From Octopus sinensis (Eukaryota), in NCBI RefSeq assembly GCF_006345805.1, contig NC_043005.1, forward strand, positions 81,902,001 through 81,966,000: DNA of 64,000 nucleotides, in the 5' to 3' direction. The notes below the pieces were generated by a model. The model saw only the letters and a list, made by a program, of their open reading frames with translations, had not been told where the DNA came from and did no database searches. The first letter of the stretch is position 1. The number at the start of each line of letters is the position of its first letter. The translations under genes were made by a program, and so were the position numbers. Below, piece after piece: positions 49,693 through 62,922 of the stretch.

Positions 49693-51170
49693 CAGGGTGC
49701 GATGAATAAACTGTCGTCTAAATTACGCATAAATTAAAATAACACTGACATCTCATTTTGAAAAATATATTTATCAAAATTACTAGGCGCAGGAGTGGCT
49801 GTGTGGTAAGTAGCTTGCTTACCAACCACATGGTTCCGGGTTCATTCCCACTACGTGGCACCTTTGGCAACTGTCTTCTACTGTAGCCTCGGGCCGACCA
49901 AAGCCTTGTGAGTGGATTTGGTAGACGGAAACTGAAAGAAGCCCGTCGTATATATGTATATGTGTATGTGTGTGTATATGTTTGCGTGTCTCTTTTTGTT
50001 TCTCCCCAGCATCGCTTGAGAACTGATTCTGGTGTGTTTACGCCCCTGTATATCTGTGTGTGTGTTTTTGTACTGTTTGTTCCCTACCACGTGGCTGTGA
50101 TTACGTACCCGTAACTTAAAGGTTCAGCAAATACCGAATACTACCAGATCTGAAGAAAAAAAGAGGCAGATAGAATAAGTACTAGGCTTACAAAGAATAA
50201 GTCCTGGGGTCGATTTGCTCGACTAAAGGCGGTGCTCCAGCATGGCCGCGGTCAAATGACTGAAACAAGTAAAATAGTAAAAGAATAAATGTATTCAATA
50301 AAATCGCCATTGGGTTCAACTACGGCATCCAGACGACTTCGGAATCTCCTGCAGCTCTTCTGCACGGCCTCATTGTTTAAGTTGGTGAATGCTGCCATAA
50401 TCCTTGCCTTCAGTTCATCGTTGGTATTACAAGGAGTCTTGTTGGTCTCTCGCTCAAGTGCGCCCCATACATAACAATTAAGGGGGTTGCTGTGTAGAGA
50501 TTTAGGCGACCAGATGTTGGCGATGATATGGTCGCAGAAATTGTCTGATAGCGATTACTGTGTTATCCTTTAAGGATGGTACAGAGTCTTCACAGAACAC
50601 CCTCCTGACCCAGGGCAGCACTACCTCCTCCAGACACTTGTAGTCCTCCGAGTTGGGACTTTGTTGGATGATGAATGGAAGCATAACGTCGCTATCTCTA
50701 GCGATACCTCCAAACACCAGGAAGTTGACTGGGTGCTTGATTTTTATCACACACGGTGCATTCTTTGAGGACATTGCAAGCCAACAGTTGCTCTGTGTGT
50801 TCATTATCTAATCCTGGCAGACGTTTTCCTCGTCTGAGAAAAATATCTAATCCTACCAGAAAATTTTCTCGTCTGAGAAAAACAAAAACCTGTTCGTTTG
50901 CAGGGGCGCTTGCGTTTGTTCAAAAGCTTCGTAGCGCGGTCTTTCCTCTTGTCCTTGATGGACTGGGATAAAAATTGGCCCTTTCTCATCTACTATGAGG
51001 AATGCAGAATGTCTTCATGCACTACCTGCCTGATAAGAAACTCAGACACTCTCATGTTCCCGGCGATGGACCTGGTTAACTTGGAGGGATTGCTTTATTT
51101 CCAACGATTTGATCAACAATATGTGATATTTACATATTTTTGATAACATCTTGTTTGTATGTACGTCAGT
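49693..51170 (-). mobile_element. Tc1/mariner transposon remnant (probably DD37D/maT-like), split by a SINE
   Basis: MRKGQFLSQSIKDKRKDRATKLLNK..FFSDE..KHPVNFLVFG..CLEEVVLPW..NPLNCYVWGALERETNKTPCNTNDELKARIMAAF..GDFIE (~51110-50290); 3' TIR tip ta|cagggtgc at 49691-49700. Confidence 0.85.
49785..50285 (+). mobile_element. SINE family B, full-length, inserted in the mariner 3' region
   Basis: aggcgcaggagtggctgtgtggtaagtagc...gactgaaacaagtaaaatagtaaaaga; contains a 120-bp inverted insert at 50041-50160. Confidence 0.95.
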
Positions 51171-52304
51171 GATTGTCCTCAGAAATTCTACTGTATGGAA
51201 TTAAGTATTTATAAGTTAGAAGTGAAATAATTCTTTAGTGCCTACGAGATAGGTAGTAAATAAATATTTCACTCACTGCTTTCAAGCCTAAATGGAATAC
51301 AAACATACAGAAATTATGCTACTCACGGCAATAGCTACTCTCACTAATATGATGTTTTTCACAAATTTTCTGTCTTTATTTCCCGTATTTTCATTTCGCA
51401 TATAACTCAACATTCCAAATTATTTGCGGAACGAACCAATTCATAGTAATATACTGTAAATTCATGGCATTTAATTCAGATGCCACGCTTTTCAAAATAT
51501 GTTTTTTCTGGTTATTAAACAATATAGGAACCACAAATGTCGACTTAATTTCAAAAACTCATATTTGTAAATATATTTTTCAAATGTAAATTGTATATAT
51601 TTCCTGTTATGTTAGTCAATGATAATATCAAATTAATTTCATTTGGCTAATATAAATAGAATAGAATTAAATAGAGAATTATGTATTGAAAACTTTCCCA
51701 AATGCCTCACCGATATATATCAAGTGAAATATTACTCGGAATAGAAATCATGTACTTCATATACTGAAAATATTCAGAAACAAGAGAAGTAGTTGCATGG
51801 TTTGAGGCTTTGAAATGTTGCTGTTCATGTGTTGTTGATTTAAAAAGATTCCAATTATTTCAAAAATGTAACGGGATGATATTAATGTTACGCATTTTAA
51901 TTAAAATAGGTATTAAAGGCGTGGAGAGTATGGTTCGGAACTTTTTTTATATATATAATAATCTCGTTTTCTGTTTCTCTGATAGCTGAATTGAATAGAC
52001 TCTCCACATGGTTTGAATTGAAAATCCTTTCGGGTTAAAGGTACATAATTCAACTCAATAATTAAGTCGAAATCGGCACCAATTTGTCTGCAAAGAAATA
52101 CAGACATAAACGTGAGATAGATAAGCTGTTGATTCATAAGCGATCTAATTTGGTATCTTTCATTTCCGTCTAATACTATGCAAACCAACACCACGGGGCG
52201 GATCAGAATATTCAAAAGAAAACAGAAAGTTGGTTTTGATTTCGGTTTCCGTTATATCTGGAAAACCTGATAACTAATAATTCCTTTATTTCTACGTGTC
52301 TTTT

Positions 52305-52700
52305 AAGGCGGCGAGCTGGCAGAAACGTTAGCACGCCGGGCGAAATGCTAAGCAGTATTTCGTCTGCCGCTACGTTTTTAGTTCAAATTCCACCGAGGTC
52401 GACTTTGTCTTTCACCCTTTCGGGGTCGATTAAATAAGTACCAGTTACGCACTGGAGTCGATATAATCGACTTAATCTGTTTGTCTGTCCTTGTTTGTCC
52501 TCTCTGTGTTTAGCCCCTTGTGGGTAATAAAGAAATAGGTATTTCGCCCGTCGCTACGTTCTGAGCTTAAATTCCGCCGAGATCGACTTTGCCTTTTCTT
52601 TCAGCGTCGATGTAATAAATACCAGTTACGCACTGGGGTTGATGAAATCGACCATCCCCTCCACCAAATTGCAGGCCTTGTGCCTAGAGTAGAAAGGATT
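52305..52700 (+). mobile_element. SINE family A, full-length with internal duplication
   Basis: aaggcggcgagctggcagaaacgttagc...; body repeated; terminal tail ccttgtgcctagagtagaaagg. Confidence 0.93.
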
Positions 52701-53254
52701 ATCTGTAAAGAAATATATATATATATTATTTTATTCTCTTAATCAGGTAAAGCTTGTGTTGCAGTTTCGATTCCCAGTCATTGAATTTACGTCCCTTTTG
52801 CTTCTAATAGGACAAAAACATTCAGTAATTATGTGTTTCATAAAACAAAGTAGAATAAAATATTTACAATCAGTTTGAGAAACGCCGTAATAAAGAAGAA
52901 TGTTGCTACAATTTCACTGTTCCACTGGCATTACTTCTCGAAAGCCGCTAACGACATTTTAGAGAAGAAATGTTTTGTCGAAAAGGGTTGTTTAAAAAGA
53001 AAGAAAACTCTCATTAGGAAAATTAGCAAATACAACCAGGTTAGATGTAACCTATGTAATCAATTCTTTTAATTAACAGATGATGTAATATTCCTCCATT
53101 TTTCAGTGATACTTTTGTTTAGACCCGTATTGTACTGCTAATTAACTTTAATGCGGGGATGAATTTGTGTTAGGGTGTGCAAGCTCAGGTCCAAATTCTT
53201 TTAGAAACAAGGGCGAACTTTTCAAACATAATATCAAATCAAACATGCATAATT

Positions 53255-53460
53255 ACCCCTTCTACTATAGGCTCGAGATTCGACATTTGGGGGAAGGGGT
53301 TAGTCGATTTAATTGACTCCAGTACACAACTGGTACTTATTTCATCGTTCCAGAAAAGATGAAAGGCAATATTAACCTCGGCGGAATTTGAACTCAGAAC
53401 GTAAAGAAGGACGAAAGAATATTTTTCGGCGTGCTAACGGTTTTGCCAGCTCGCCACTTT
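53255..53460 (-). mobile_element. SINE family A
   Basis: ggcggaatttgaactcagaacgt...gccagctcgccac. Confidence 0.85.
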
Positions 53461-54600
53461 AAGCACAGGAATAATAATAATAATAACAATAATAATAATA
53501 ATAATATTTGTACAACAATCAAATCAGATAAACGCAGTAATAGAAAAGTAATGTTTTAAATCAGTCCAAAAATGTTTCTACGCTTCTTCACTTTAGCGAT
53601 GAAGATTTTCATGATGTTGCCCAAAACATTTTCATTGCTTCGCCAAACATTTTAGTGAGTGCGTTTGCACCCCTTGTTCCCGAGCCTATGCTATGCAGAT
53701 TAGGCACATCTATGAGTAAGAGTATCATATTACCGTTCTAGTCTTATCATTTCAGACATAATGTCTCCAATCCCTTTTATTCAATACGGCCTTCCTTTCC
53801 TTTAGACTCTAAACCATGGTTTGAAAAAAAAAAGCAGAAAAACCCCCCATTTCACTGCTATTCTCTCCATTGTTGTTTAGCTACAGATCAACCCCATTTT
53901 ATCGACGGTAATCCAACCTTGATCACTCCGCATTATCCCTAAGAGTGTATCAAGGGCTACATTATTGGATGTGGTTTTCCTATCTTTAAGACTGTATAGA
54001 TTAGTATTCTAAAGGTATGTTATATCGGATAAAGCAGTACCTTACATGGTGTACGACTCGACATCTACATTATTATCTCCGTAAATATTAGGTTAAGCTT
54101 TAGCCTAATCTCAACCTCATGGTTGGTGAAGTGATAAATGGTATCTTTTATCCACCTAAAGAATGACTGAACAATTTTGGAAAATACTTGTTTTCTATTG
54201 AAACGTTTCCGTAAAATGTTTTCCAATATCAGTTACACATTCTTCATATAATGCGCACTTCAGGAAGCGTATTGTTTTTCCCATTCCCTACCGAATTTCC
54301 AAACTATGCCAAGTACTAGAAACCTTGCATAATTTTCCCGAACTATTTGCCTGTAATATATTGTAGATTATTGTAACGTAGACAACTTGTATTTTTCTTG
54401 TAATGCGAAGTAAAAAGTACTTTGATTTAAGTTAAGTGAAATTTGTTTTGTTTCATACTTTACGCAGTTTTCCTGTGAGTCATTATTTTACGTTCTTTTA
54501 TTCATTGGCACAGTAACTATATACGATTTACAATTATAAAAAAATACAAACATACCTGATATAAATATAAATATATATATATGTGTGTGTGTGTGTGTGT

Positions 54601-54842
54601 AGGCGCTCGGCTTCGTGGTTAGGGTGTCAGTACCATAATCGTAAGATTGTGGTTTTGATTCCTGGACCGGGCGAGGAGTTTTGAGCAAAACACTGCGTTT
54701 CACATTGCTCCAGTCGACTCAGCTGGCAAAAATGAGTAACGCTGCGATGGACTGGCGTCCCGTCCAACTGGGAACACATGCGCCATAGAAACCGGGAAAC
54801 AGGGCCCATGAGCCTGGCTAGGCTTTAAAAGGGCGCATTTAT
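54601..54842 (+). mobile_element. SINE head C + tail T3
   Basis: ttttgagcaaaacactgcgtttcacattgctccagtcgactcagctggc then ctgcgatggactggcgtcccgtcc...gggcccatgagcctggctaggc. Confidence 0.85.
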
Positions 54843-54853
54843 TTATATTTTAT

Positions 54854-54887
<34 letters not shown>

Positions 54888-55152
54888 TAATTATATAAAA
54901 TTTTTATTATAGGGTAAAAATTAAATATTAATTTATAGCAGTTGCTAGCGTAAGTAAAAATGTCCGTAGACCTCAAATATTATAATATTATATGTGTGTA
55001 TAACAGTTATACACCGAGGGAAATCCACTAAATAGTTTTCTATCACGCAAGAAATGGTAGTTAAATCCCAAACCGCGAAAGAGCTAATCTTATTTCGGCA
55101 CTTTGAATGTAGGCGGGCAGAACTATTTGAGAGCATTCAAAAATGATTAGTC

Positions 55153-55253
55153 ATTCCCTACTTCGAAGTTTCGGCCTTAACAATTAATACACTAATTAAT
55201 TAATTAATTAATTAATCAATGCATTAAACCGTCTATGGCTCATCAGTGAGAAT
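55153..55253 (-). ncRNA. Type I hammerhead H5 (core intact, helix I register off by one)
   Basis: attctca-CTGATGA-GCC..GGC-C-GAA-ACTTCGAAGT-A-gggaat. Confidence 0.72.
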
Positions 55254-55386
55254 CGCTGTCGACATGTAAATACAAAAACTCGAATACATGAATAGTCATT
55301 CCAGATGTCTAAAGCTGAAAACTCAGTATACAGCGTGTCTTGTTTGATGCGGTATGCATTAGTTTTGTATTTACTTATCGAAGGCG

Positions 55387-55481
55387 ATTCTTGCTGATGA
55401 GCTATAGACGGTTTAATGCATTGCGTAATTAATTAATTAGTGTATTTAATCATTAAGCACTAAACTTCGAAGTACAGGAAT
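55387..55481 (+). ncRNA. Type I hammerhead H5 (helix I intact, G12>T)
   Basis: attcttg-CTGATGA-GCT..AGC-AC-TAA-ACTTCGAAGT-A-caggaat. Confidence 0.65.
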
Positions 55482-55646
55482 GACTAATCATTGAATTCTC
55501 TCAAATAGTTCTGCCCGCCTACATTCAACTTATCAAAATAAGAATAGCTCTATCATGGCTTGGGATTTAACTCCCGTTTCTAGCGTGATGGAAAACCACT
55601 TAGTGGCTTTCCCTCAGTATATAACTCTGATACCCACATGTAATAA

Positions 55647-55699
<53 letters not shown>

Positions 55700-56244
55700 C
55701 AAACCTGCATATAGTGTGTGCGTGTGAGTGTTGTATCTTCCATCGGAACCATTTCCAGTTCTAAGTTTGTTTTCCAGTAAATATGTATGACGCATATGTT
55801 TTTGCATTTTTATTCTTATGCGTCTTAGTTAAAGATAACACATTGCTAAATTTACCAATTGTGGCATTTGGCCAAGCCTGTAAGTGCCAAAATATTCCTG
55901 GAATAATATTCATTGACAATAAATAAACAGGATTCATAACTCCATAATATTTTGTATAACAAACCCATTTTTAATCATTTATAAGTAACAATAATCCGTA
56001 AATCAAAATTGGTGGTCCAGTAAACAATTTTCAGAATTCGCTTCCACAGACATAACATAAAATTATGTCAATCCTCCTTTGAAATAAATGTATGACTGTA
56101 ATTGTATTACAACTAACCACGCTTGTTGACAATATTTCCCTACTTTAAACCACGCATGCGCACAAACACTGAAAATCCTACACCCAAACACTAACATACC
56201 CACACACTAATACAGACGCGCACACACACGTACGTACACACATA

Positions 56245-57100
56245 TGGGTGCCGGCGTGGCTGTATTGTAAAAAGTTTGCTTTCCAACCGCATAGTTCTGG
56301 GTACAGTCCCACTGCGTTGCCTCTTGGCAAAGTTTCTTCGACTACAGATTCAGACCGATTTAAGAGTTGCGAGTGAATTTGGCAGAAGGAAACTAAAAGT
56401 AGTCCTTCAGATGCCATGACTGAGCACTAGGTACAACAGTTTTACTTTATTCTCTCTCTGTTTATTTCCTTGTGTTCCTCTCTCTTGAAGAGCATAGGCG
56501 CGAAACGTAAAAGACTCTCACACCTTCCCAAGCATTAAACCAATACACCTGTTTGTTGTTTATATACCTGTCTTTGTCTTTCGTTTTTCTGTAATTTTCA
56601 ACTATATATATATATTGTGAGTGGATTTTGTAGATGGAAACGGAAAGAAGCCCGTTGTATATTTGTGTGTGTTTGTGTCTGTGTTTGTCCCCCACACAAC
56701 ATCGTTTGACACCCAATGCTGGTTTGTTTACGTGTCCGTAATTTAGCTGTTCGGCAAAAGGACCGATAGAATAAGTACTAGGCTTACAAAGAATAAGTAA
56801 GTCATGGGGTCGATTTGGTCGACTAAAGGCGGTGCTCCAGCAAAGCCACAGTCAAATGACAAACAAATAAAAGAGTATATATATATATATATATCTGTAT
56901 GTCTGTGCCCTTGTGCAGGTGCTCGTCCCCTACTACTGCTTCACAACCAGTGCTGCTGTGTTTATGTCCCCTAAACTTAGCGACTCGGCAAGGGAACCCA
57001 ACAGAAATAAGTACTAGGCTTAAAACAAATTAAGTACTGGAATGGATTTTTTTAAATAAAATTTTTCAAGGATGTGCTTCAGCATGGCAGCAGTTTGATG
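56245..57100 (+). mobile_element. Series of SINE family B fragments with an H1 remnant (56455-56605)
   Basis: Head 56245-56400; ..TTGAAGAGCATAGGCGCGAAACGTAAAAGA at ~56485-56514; body/tail 56617-56875; tail 56900-57100. Confidence 0.8.
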
Positions 57101-57309
57101 ACGAAAATAATTAAAACATTTTTGAAGTTTAGACCTTCAAGGAATTACTCATTATTTCCTGAGCAAATATAATTTGTTAAAGAAGGCGTCTACATTTCGC
57201 AGCCTAGATAAGATGGGTCCTTACAAAAACACATACGGGTATGTCTTTGTCTTTTTTGTCATGTTCTTTTATCCTAACGCTGTGTACAGCAGCTATCAGT
57301 TGGCACTGA

Positions 57310-57370
57310 TACCCGGAACCATATGGCTGGTAATCAAGCTACTTACCACACAGCCACTCCTGCGCCTATT
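57310..57370 (-). mobile_element. SINE family B head fragment
   Basis: cccggaaccatatggctggtaatcaagctacttaccacacagccactcctgcgcc. Confidence 0.85.
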
Positions 57371-58026
57371 TAGAACATATACAATGACATCTGCATATGC
57401 AGTATTCTCAATATCTTTTCTAGGGAATATATTGATTTTCTATTTGGATACATAACCATTAATACCACTAAAGCCACTTTTATTATAGTGTATAATGACA
57501 CTCAAAGAAGGCAGTCTTTTATTGCTTCTTATGTCTTTAAGCTGGATATTTACTTTGCTTGTTAATTTCTCTCAACTAATCTCTTCATCTTTTTGATTCT
57601 CTATCACATTTTATTAATATTTCTCAATATATATGCTGATTCCTGAGTTTCTTCCGTTGAAGCCACTATCTATATTGTATAAACCTATCACCATTTTGAA
57701 TTTGTCACGACTTTCTAATTAATCTTATACAATCCAGTTTCCCTTTATCATGACTAATTCAGCTTTAATCCTCCTCCTCCATTTCATGTTCGCTTTGAGA
57801 CTATAAATCAGCATAAGATATCTACTCCGTAACAACCTACATCATCTTTATTCATAATTGTTTACACGCGCATACACTAACAATTATGTATGGTTTTATA
57901 ATGTTGTGAAGCCTCTCCCGCACAAAGTCAAATTAAGCCTAAAATTAAAACGGTAATTTCTTGATTATAAATCCCAGGGTCGTAAACAATAACAAATAAT
58001 CATTTTAACAACTTGTAATCTGTACA

Positions 58027-58067
<41 letters not shown>

Positions 58068-58689
58068 TGATAATAATAATAATAAGTGACCTAGCAGTGG
58101 CTCTCATGGCTTATGATTTTAACTGATTGGAAGTGTTATGTACGTTGTTTTGTCTTGGTATAAAAGATGGGCTACAGGAAATATTCTGCTCAATACCGCA
58201 GATTTGCTTGTCAGTTGTTTGACCATAGCCAGTTGACCATGTCCCTTAGTGGCTGACGATATGTGCAACTCTGATCACGAGCAGAAGTAGTGGGGGAGCA
58301 TCATAGCCATGTGTTGAGAGGGATTCTTTGGAGTTTGAAGGATTCACCTTTGGAAACATGGGTGTTTCATTTAACATCCTTAAACAACCCTTATTCAGGG
58401 ACCTTTTGAGCAGGATGGGTTACTCGACCAGAAGAAAATTCTAACTGGGCCCCACCTGCAAGGTCATGTGCTGTTTATCTTGATATGAGATAACCATGTC
58501 GCGCACATATGGTTGTGATGCATGTGCCTGGTGTACCCTTATGAGTTTGCCGGTGATAACTTTTTATCTAAATGTAAAGCCGCCTAAATTCAAAATATAC
58601 TATTAATTTTGAAATGAATAAATAATAATCTTTCCTACTTATTTGTAGGAAGGCGTCAAATTTTGAGGGGCCAATTCTGTAAGATTTTA

Positions 58690-59042
58690 CTGTACTCCAA
58701 ACGTTTTGCAACGATTGTTTTTTGAAAGTAGTGGTTTTCCAATTGCAAAATCTGTCACTACTTTCGAGAGAGTACTTGTTGATTCACCAAACATTTCGGC
58801 TGTCCTTGTAACGCTAGCGTCAGCCATACGCGCACCAACAATTTAACCTCTTTCAAAGTCCGATAGATATGTCATTTTAATGAATTTTAATTACCTTTTT
58901 TTGTTGATATTTGAAAAGAAACATCAATTTTAGCAAAAAAATTTAAATAAAGAAACATAAAAATAAACAAGCTTTTGACGGTTTTATAGATATTTCAAAA
59001 TTATGATGCTAGGTGTTACAATTATTTTGTCCAAACCCTGTA
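58690..59042 (-). mobile_element. Tc1 transposon 5' end with TIR
   Basis: TIR ta|cagggtttggacaaaataattgtaacacc (59012-59042); ATG at 58875: MTYLSDFERG*IVGARMADASVTRTAEMFG..STLSKV. Confidence 0.8.
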
Positions 59043-59479
59043 TATAATTACAGTGTGCATATCATATATGTATGTTGTTTCTGATAAGCATATGTGTGTA
59101 TACTTACAAAAAATATATACACACCTACCTTGTGTTCACATATCAGAAAATGTAAAATATTTTTGAATTCTCACGAGGAGATATACAAGTTGTATAACAG
59201 AAACTTTATTTGACACAAATCACGTCTTAATGTCATTTCATAAGTTCTTCTCTTCCCATACCACTTCTCTCACAAAGCGCTTTACATAACCGACCTAAAA
59301 GTCAAAAAGAAAAACACTCGGACGGATAAATATATATATATATATATATTTATTTATTTATTTCGCTGTCAAACAGTTTCTATATGGATACATGCGTGGG
59401 AATCCAAAGCCAAGGTTATGATTATAAAAATATAACATAGAAGAAGAATGCACGGAAACACTGCAAGTCATATATATTT

Positions 59480-59602
59480 GTTTTTATTGCCCACAAGGAG
59501 CTAAACGTAGAGGGAACAAACAAGAACTGACAAAGTCGATTACATCGACCCCAGTGCGTAACTGGTACTTATTTAATCGATCCGGGAAGTGTGAAAGGCA
59601 AA

Positions 59603-59604
<2 letters not shown>
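59480..59604 (-). mobile_element. SINE family A fragment
   Basis: gcccacaaggagctaaacg...gtcgattacatcgaccccagtgcgtaactggtac. Confidence 0.85.
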
Positions 59605-59633
<29 letters not shown>

Positions 59634-59699
59634 AATATATATATATAGATATCAACCAGTTCAAAGCCATAACCACATAATCACCGTTTCTATTCTCCT

Positions 59700-59950
59700 G
59701 ATTTGGTCCCATCTGATTATTCAACATGGAAAAACCCGTGGCTGTGAACCACTATCGCAGTGATGATGGCGTCATATCTGTAGTTGATGACCTGAACGAA
59801 AGGATAAAAGCTTCTTCACCAATGGGATCCGAGCACTGCAACACAGATGGAAGAAGTGTGTGGACAACAAGGAGGACTATGTTGAAAAACAGACCTCATC
59901 TGGTCATATATGGGAGTATCTTGGTCAGCCTCTCAACTTTTCAACCGTCC
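59700..59950 (+). mobile_element. mariner (DD34D-type) 3' fragment
   Basis: NHYRSDDGVISVVDD..KSFFTNGIRALQHRWKKCVDNKEDYVEK (frameshifted), then a TIR-like aacttttcaaccgtccc. Confidence 0.8.
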
Positions 59951-60018
59951 CCTGTGTGTGTGTGTTTGTGTATGTATGCATGCATGTATGTATTTACGTA
60001 CGTACGTACGTATGTATT

Positions 60019-60060
<42 letters not shown>

Positions 60061-60803
60061 TGGGGCCTATTCTGTTTCCTATTTTTGTCCTATAATGAAG
60101 AAATACTGTGTTTAAGCAGTACAAGATAATGATGTAATTAATCTGAAGTCAGAGAACCTTTTAGCTAGCTATATACCGTTTTGCTAAGGGACTGTAATTG
60201 TATATACACTGTTCCTTGCAGAAAGTCAGTATGATATGTGTGAAAGATATAATATGAAGACAAATACATGAATGCAAATAGAGAAGATAAAGTGTACATA
60301 TGTAAGGAAGAAATAGATACCTAACGGATATGAATGAACCACATAAATAAAAGGAGCTTTCTGGATGACACTGACTTTGGGGACACTGTATAAATGATAC
60401 CAAACCACTGCTTCTTTACCATGAGCACATGTTATTGATAACAGTATGTTTATCATATTGTTGCCAAAGTCCCGAAAGGAATACAAAATGCCAGTTTACA
60501 TTTTAAACAATTTTATTATTCGTAATCGAATTGTATTTATGAATGTGTAGTATTTATTGTTTTCTTTAATCCAGCTTTATTTAAGTAACGTGATATCTCA
60601 GTTGCCATTAAAAATTGTGACACATCCTCTAGAGGCGGAGATATTTTCAGTAAATCTAAAATTTATGCTCTACGCATTTTAATATAACCTTATTTGTCTA
60701 TTTTGTTCATATAGATGTCACTAGACCACACTGAGTTACTGTTTTAGCTCATGTTTTAAAAACTTATTTCAGTTATTTCAATCAAAAGAGGCCTTCAAAC
60801 TCA

Positions 60804-60837
<34 letters not shown>

Positions 60838-60999
60838 AACAGACGGAGAGTTTCTTGTTCTTACGTAGTCATTTAAAAACTGCCGATGTACCAGTTGACA
60901 AGGCTGACAACACCTGAACGACTGTCATGGAAATTCATGTGCATTCATTCAAAAACTTAAGTCGAATATTTAAACTGTAAAGGTTTTTCTGATTCGGGC

Positions 61000-61190
61000 A
61001 TAGGGCCAGCGATGTTGAAAATGTCAGGGGATTACTCTGTACCATAGCCACTAGTATTTGACTGGTACTTTATTTTATCGACCCCAGAAGGGCGAAAATC
61101 GGAGTTGATCTCGGTGGGATTAGAATGCACAACATGAAAATCCATCAGGTAAGCAACCACTAAGCATTTAGTCCTCTGCGCTAAAACTTT
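61000..61190 (-). mobile_element. SINE family A, diverged
   Basis: actggtactttattttatcgaccccagaagggcgaaaatcggagttgatctcggtggg. Confidence 0.7.
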
Positions 61191-62699
61191 TGCAATGTCC
61201 TCGATTCTATTGAAACTATAAACAATAGCAAATTCAGAAAAAAGCATTGTGATAAAAATTACCTGAAACAGCATTAATCATATTGCAATTCTTTTTCTTG
61301 AGATGCAAGGGTAAACGTTCAAAGAAGTAGTAATCTAATTGTTTATATCTTTCGTTTCGATAGTTTTTAGCACTCAATCCATTTCTTTTAGATTTTATTT
61401 ATTTTTTGCTAATTAATGTTTTATTCGAAAGCGGTAGCAATTTTTTGGAATTCAGCATCGTTTATCGATACAAATACACGGTTCTAATCTGTGTTTGATG
61501 AATTTTTCTCTCCATTTCATTTCGTAAGCTGAGATTTTGATGTTGTTTGTCTCTTGGGTAACATTGTTAACATTTAGTAAAACAAGACAGTTTAGAAGTA
61601 GAATGGGAATTTGACGAAAGGAATTAAGAATACGAGTGGTGGGGTGGAAAAGGGAAAAAGAAGTAGGATAGAATATTTAATACAAGGCAATTGGTGTTTA
61701 GAATATAAAAAAATAGAAGAGAAAAGAAAATGAATTCTCCTGCTAACAGGAGTCGAACAAATAAAATAATGAAACAAAACGAGAACGAAATAAAAAAAAA
61801 ACAATGTAAACGGAAAATGAAGAATGAAAATAGAAAATTGAATAAATCAGAATGAAGAAGAGAACAGAAAAATATATTTTATTTTCTTATGTAATCAGGA
61901 CACTTAATGAAATAAGACGAGAAAGAACAGATGAGGTTAATTAATATTAAGAAAATAAACTGGATAATTATTTGCAAAACATAAACACTTATGACCTTCA
62001 TATTGGAAATAGAAAAGTCAATGATGAAAATAAATGCAAAACAAATAAAATATTTGTAATTATACAATTAAAGTATGTATGAAAAAAAAAAATTTGTAAA
62101 TGATTAACTTACAGAAAATGAAATTAGCCAATTACGTCACAAAAGAACAAAACAATATTTAAAAAAAAGATACATACATATATATATATATATAAAGTGT
62201 TTAATTGCAAAAATATTTACAAATTAGGTTCCACGCGTTACGGAACCAACATCACGCGTCATAAACTCCAATACAACTCTGACGATAATGATTAGATTGT
62301 TCCATTGCTGCCTGTGTGCTGTAAAATAGAATCAGAAAGCAGAGTTACAGAGTTCGCAACTATTTCAAATTGAATATAATTTCTTACATTTTATATTTTT
62401 TTATTTTCAATATATAGTTTGTATTTTTAAACACAAGTTCATAAAATATCCTATCTCCAGACGAGTACTGCAATAAATTTTCGCTATTAATTTACATTAC
62501 ATTTAATGCACAGATTGCTATTTTAATCTAATACTGTTTCTGTTGCCTAAAACAGATCGATATTCAACCGAGTGGCTAGTACAATGCTAATCATTGCACT
62601 AATATATTAGTAAGTTGGATGTCATCTCTGCATGCAGTCGACAGTGAGTACATGTTACTGACAAAGTGTAGAGAAGCAGAAATGCTCTTATTTCATAAT

Positions 62700-62922
62700 T
62701 TTTATTGCTCACAAGGGGCTAAACAATGAAGGGACAAACAAGGACGAACAATGGGATTAAGTCGATTACATCGACCCCACTGCGTAACTGGTTCTTAATT
62801 TATCGACCCCGAAAGGATGAAAAGAAAAGGCGACCTCGGCGGAATTTGAAATCAGAACGTAACTGCAGACGAAATACCGCTAAGCATTTTGCCCGCCGTC
62901 CTAACGCTTCTGCCACCTCGCC
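62700..62922 (-). mobile_element. SINE family A monomer
   Basis: cacaaggggctaaac...ctgccacctcgccg. Confidence 0.92.

Larger units (their letters stand above)
54987..55644. mobile_element. Fold-back element with ~300-bp hammerhead-bearing arms (family H5)
   Basis: Arms ~54987-55290 and ~55355-55644, roughly 80% identical, ~65-bp spacer; right arm ends in (TA)n. Confidence 0.85.

Noticed and set aside
58085-58550. GC-balanced block I recall as a common octopus dispersed repeat
   Set aside because: Single copy in this window and no diagnostic motif, so it cannot be supported from the sequence alone.
60330-60490. Possible coding exon (LAFCIPFGTLAT / HVLMVKKQWFG)
   Set aside because: Stops in the suggestive frame and no convincing splice sites or homology.
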